64,000 nucleotides of DNA from Candidatus Woesearchaeota archaeon (GTDB lineage Archaea; Nanobdellota; Nanobdellia; Woesearchaeales; JACQSR01). The stretch lies in NCBI GenBank assembly GCA_016211215.1, contig JACQSR010000028.1, forward strand, positions 11,423 through 75,422. The letters are read 5' to 3'. Positions 63,412-64,000 of this stretch are shown here, piece after piece. The notes under the pieces were generated by a model, which did not search any database, was not told where the DNA came from, and saw nothing but the letters and a program-made list of their open reading frames with translations. Within the stretch, counting starts at the first letter, position 1, and the number at the start of each line of letters is the position of its first letter. A program made the translations under genes and the position numbers.

Positions 63412-63433
63412 TGGACTATTAATTAATAGTCCA
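63412..63433. promoter_or_regulatory. perfect 22-bp palindrome overlapping the promoter of the Zn-ribbon/AbrB gene
   Basis: TGGACTATTAATTAATAGTCCA lies between the TATA-like TTTTATAG (about 63399) and ATG 63448. Confidence 0.45.
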
Positions 63434-63447
63434 GGATAAGTGAAAAA

Positions 63448-63768
63448 ATGAACTGCCCAAAATGCAACTCAAAGCTGAAAAGGATAAGCGTTAAGGTCCA
63501 GGACGCAGAAAGCCCCGTAATTAGCTATCAGTGCAGGGAATGCGGATATTTTGATTTTGAGGGCAAATCGATAAATAAAGCAGTGCAGGAGATAAAAACA
63601 AAAGAGTCTGCATTGAGAATAAGGCAGAAAGTAATAAAACTCTCGCATGGAAGGCTTGGAATGTACATCAACAAGGATGTTGCAAGAAGCCTCAACTTAA
63701 AGGGCGGAGAGGAAGTTTATGTCTCGGTTCCCGACAAGAAGCATCTTCTGGTTGCTGTCGGTGGATAG
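63448..63768 (+). CDS. zinc-ribbon / AbrB-like fusion protein (paralog of 28405..28740)
   Basis: CPKCN...CRECG is the ribbon. The C-terminal HGRLGMYINKDVARSLNLKGGEEVYVSV is the AbrB-like hairpin. Confidence 0.6.
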   Translation: MNCPKCNSKLKRISVKVQDAESPVISYQCRECGYFDFEGKSINKAVQEIKTKESALRIRQKVIKLSHGRLGMYINKDVARSLNLKGGEEVYVSVPDKKHLLVAVGG

Positions 63769-63774
63769 GGCAGC

Positions 63775-63955
63775 ATCGTTATGGGCTCTGTCCTGAATCT
63801 CGCTAACGCTCGCCTTTAGCAGCTTCTCGCTTGCTCTTGTAACTTCTATGGCTGACATTTCCCATAAGGAATTCCCTTTGTCAGCTATATGCAGAATTAA
63901 AAGAAGCTCGACTTTAGGCTGCTAAAGGACTTTCAGGACAGAGCCATCGTTATGG
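63775..63955. mobile_element. MITE-like non-autonomous element (159 bp) with 13-bp terminal inverted repeats and 11-bp flanking direct repeat
   Basis: The direct repeat CATCGTTATGG occurs at 63775-63785 and 63945-63955. The TIRs are GCTCTGTCCTGAA (63786-63798) and TTCAGGACAGAGC (63932-63944). Internal matching blocks are CCTTTAGCAGC/GCTGCTAAAGG and GCTGACA/TGTCAGC, and there is no ORF. Confidence 0.5.
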
Positions 63956-64000
63956 TTACATTTATATAGAAAAACACGTTAGCCAACTTCAATTATTTGT

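Noticed and set aside
1-64000. Scan for CRISPR arrays, rRNA genes and additional tRNAs (GGTTCGAATCC/GGATTCGAACC-type T-arms) in all intergenic spacers.
   Set aside because: No direct-repeat/spacer periodicity, no rRNA-like conserved blocks and no second T-arm signature were seen. Only the tRNA-Leu at 25601-25710 qualifies. This was an eye scan, so short or degenerate elements could have been missed.

Overview
This is an archaeal chromosomal window. All the information-processing genes are archaeal-type: the S13-S4-S11-RpoD-tRNA-L18e-L13-S9-RpoN operon, PAN, RFC small subunit, FEN-1, Hjc, Pelota, EndA, RNase Z and an archaeal TyrRS. Short intergenic spacers, many ATGA start/stop overlaps, TATA boxes about 25 nt upstream of start codons and a thin metabolic repertoire suggest a small-genome, possibly DPANN-like organism; that is inference only. 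I call about 75 CDSs and one intron-containing tRNA-Leu(GAG). I found no rRNA and no CRISPR array. The accessory content is mostly cell-surface genes. It includes a 1688-aa protein dense in N-glycosylation sequons, a Kazal plus HExxH secreted protein, and a processive GT2 cluster. The most interesting item is a tight five-gene operon (30912-37488). It encodes a pilin-like or signal-anchored protein, a polytopic membrane protein with a large ectodomain, and three tandem paralogous lipobox proteins, none of which I can assign to a family. Other notable items are three toxin-antitoxin-like modules with perfect promoter palindromes, a LAGLIDADG homing-endonuclease locus next to an ahcY gene whose 3' half changes codon usage, a bacterial-type LeuRS, a signal-peptide protein with an outer-membrane-barrel-like C-terminus, and a 159-bp MITE-like element with terminal inverted repeats and an 11-bp direct duplication. 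All functional calls come from reading motifs by eye; no database search was run.
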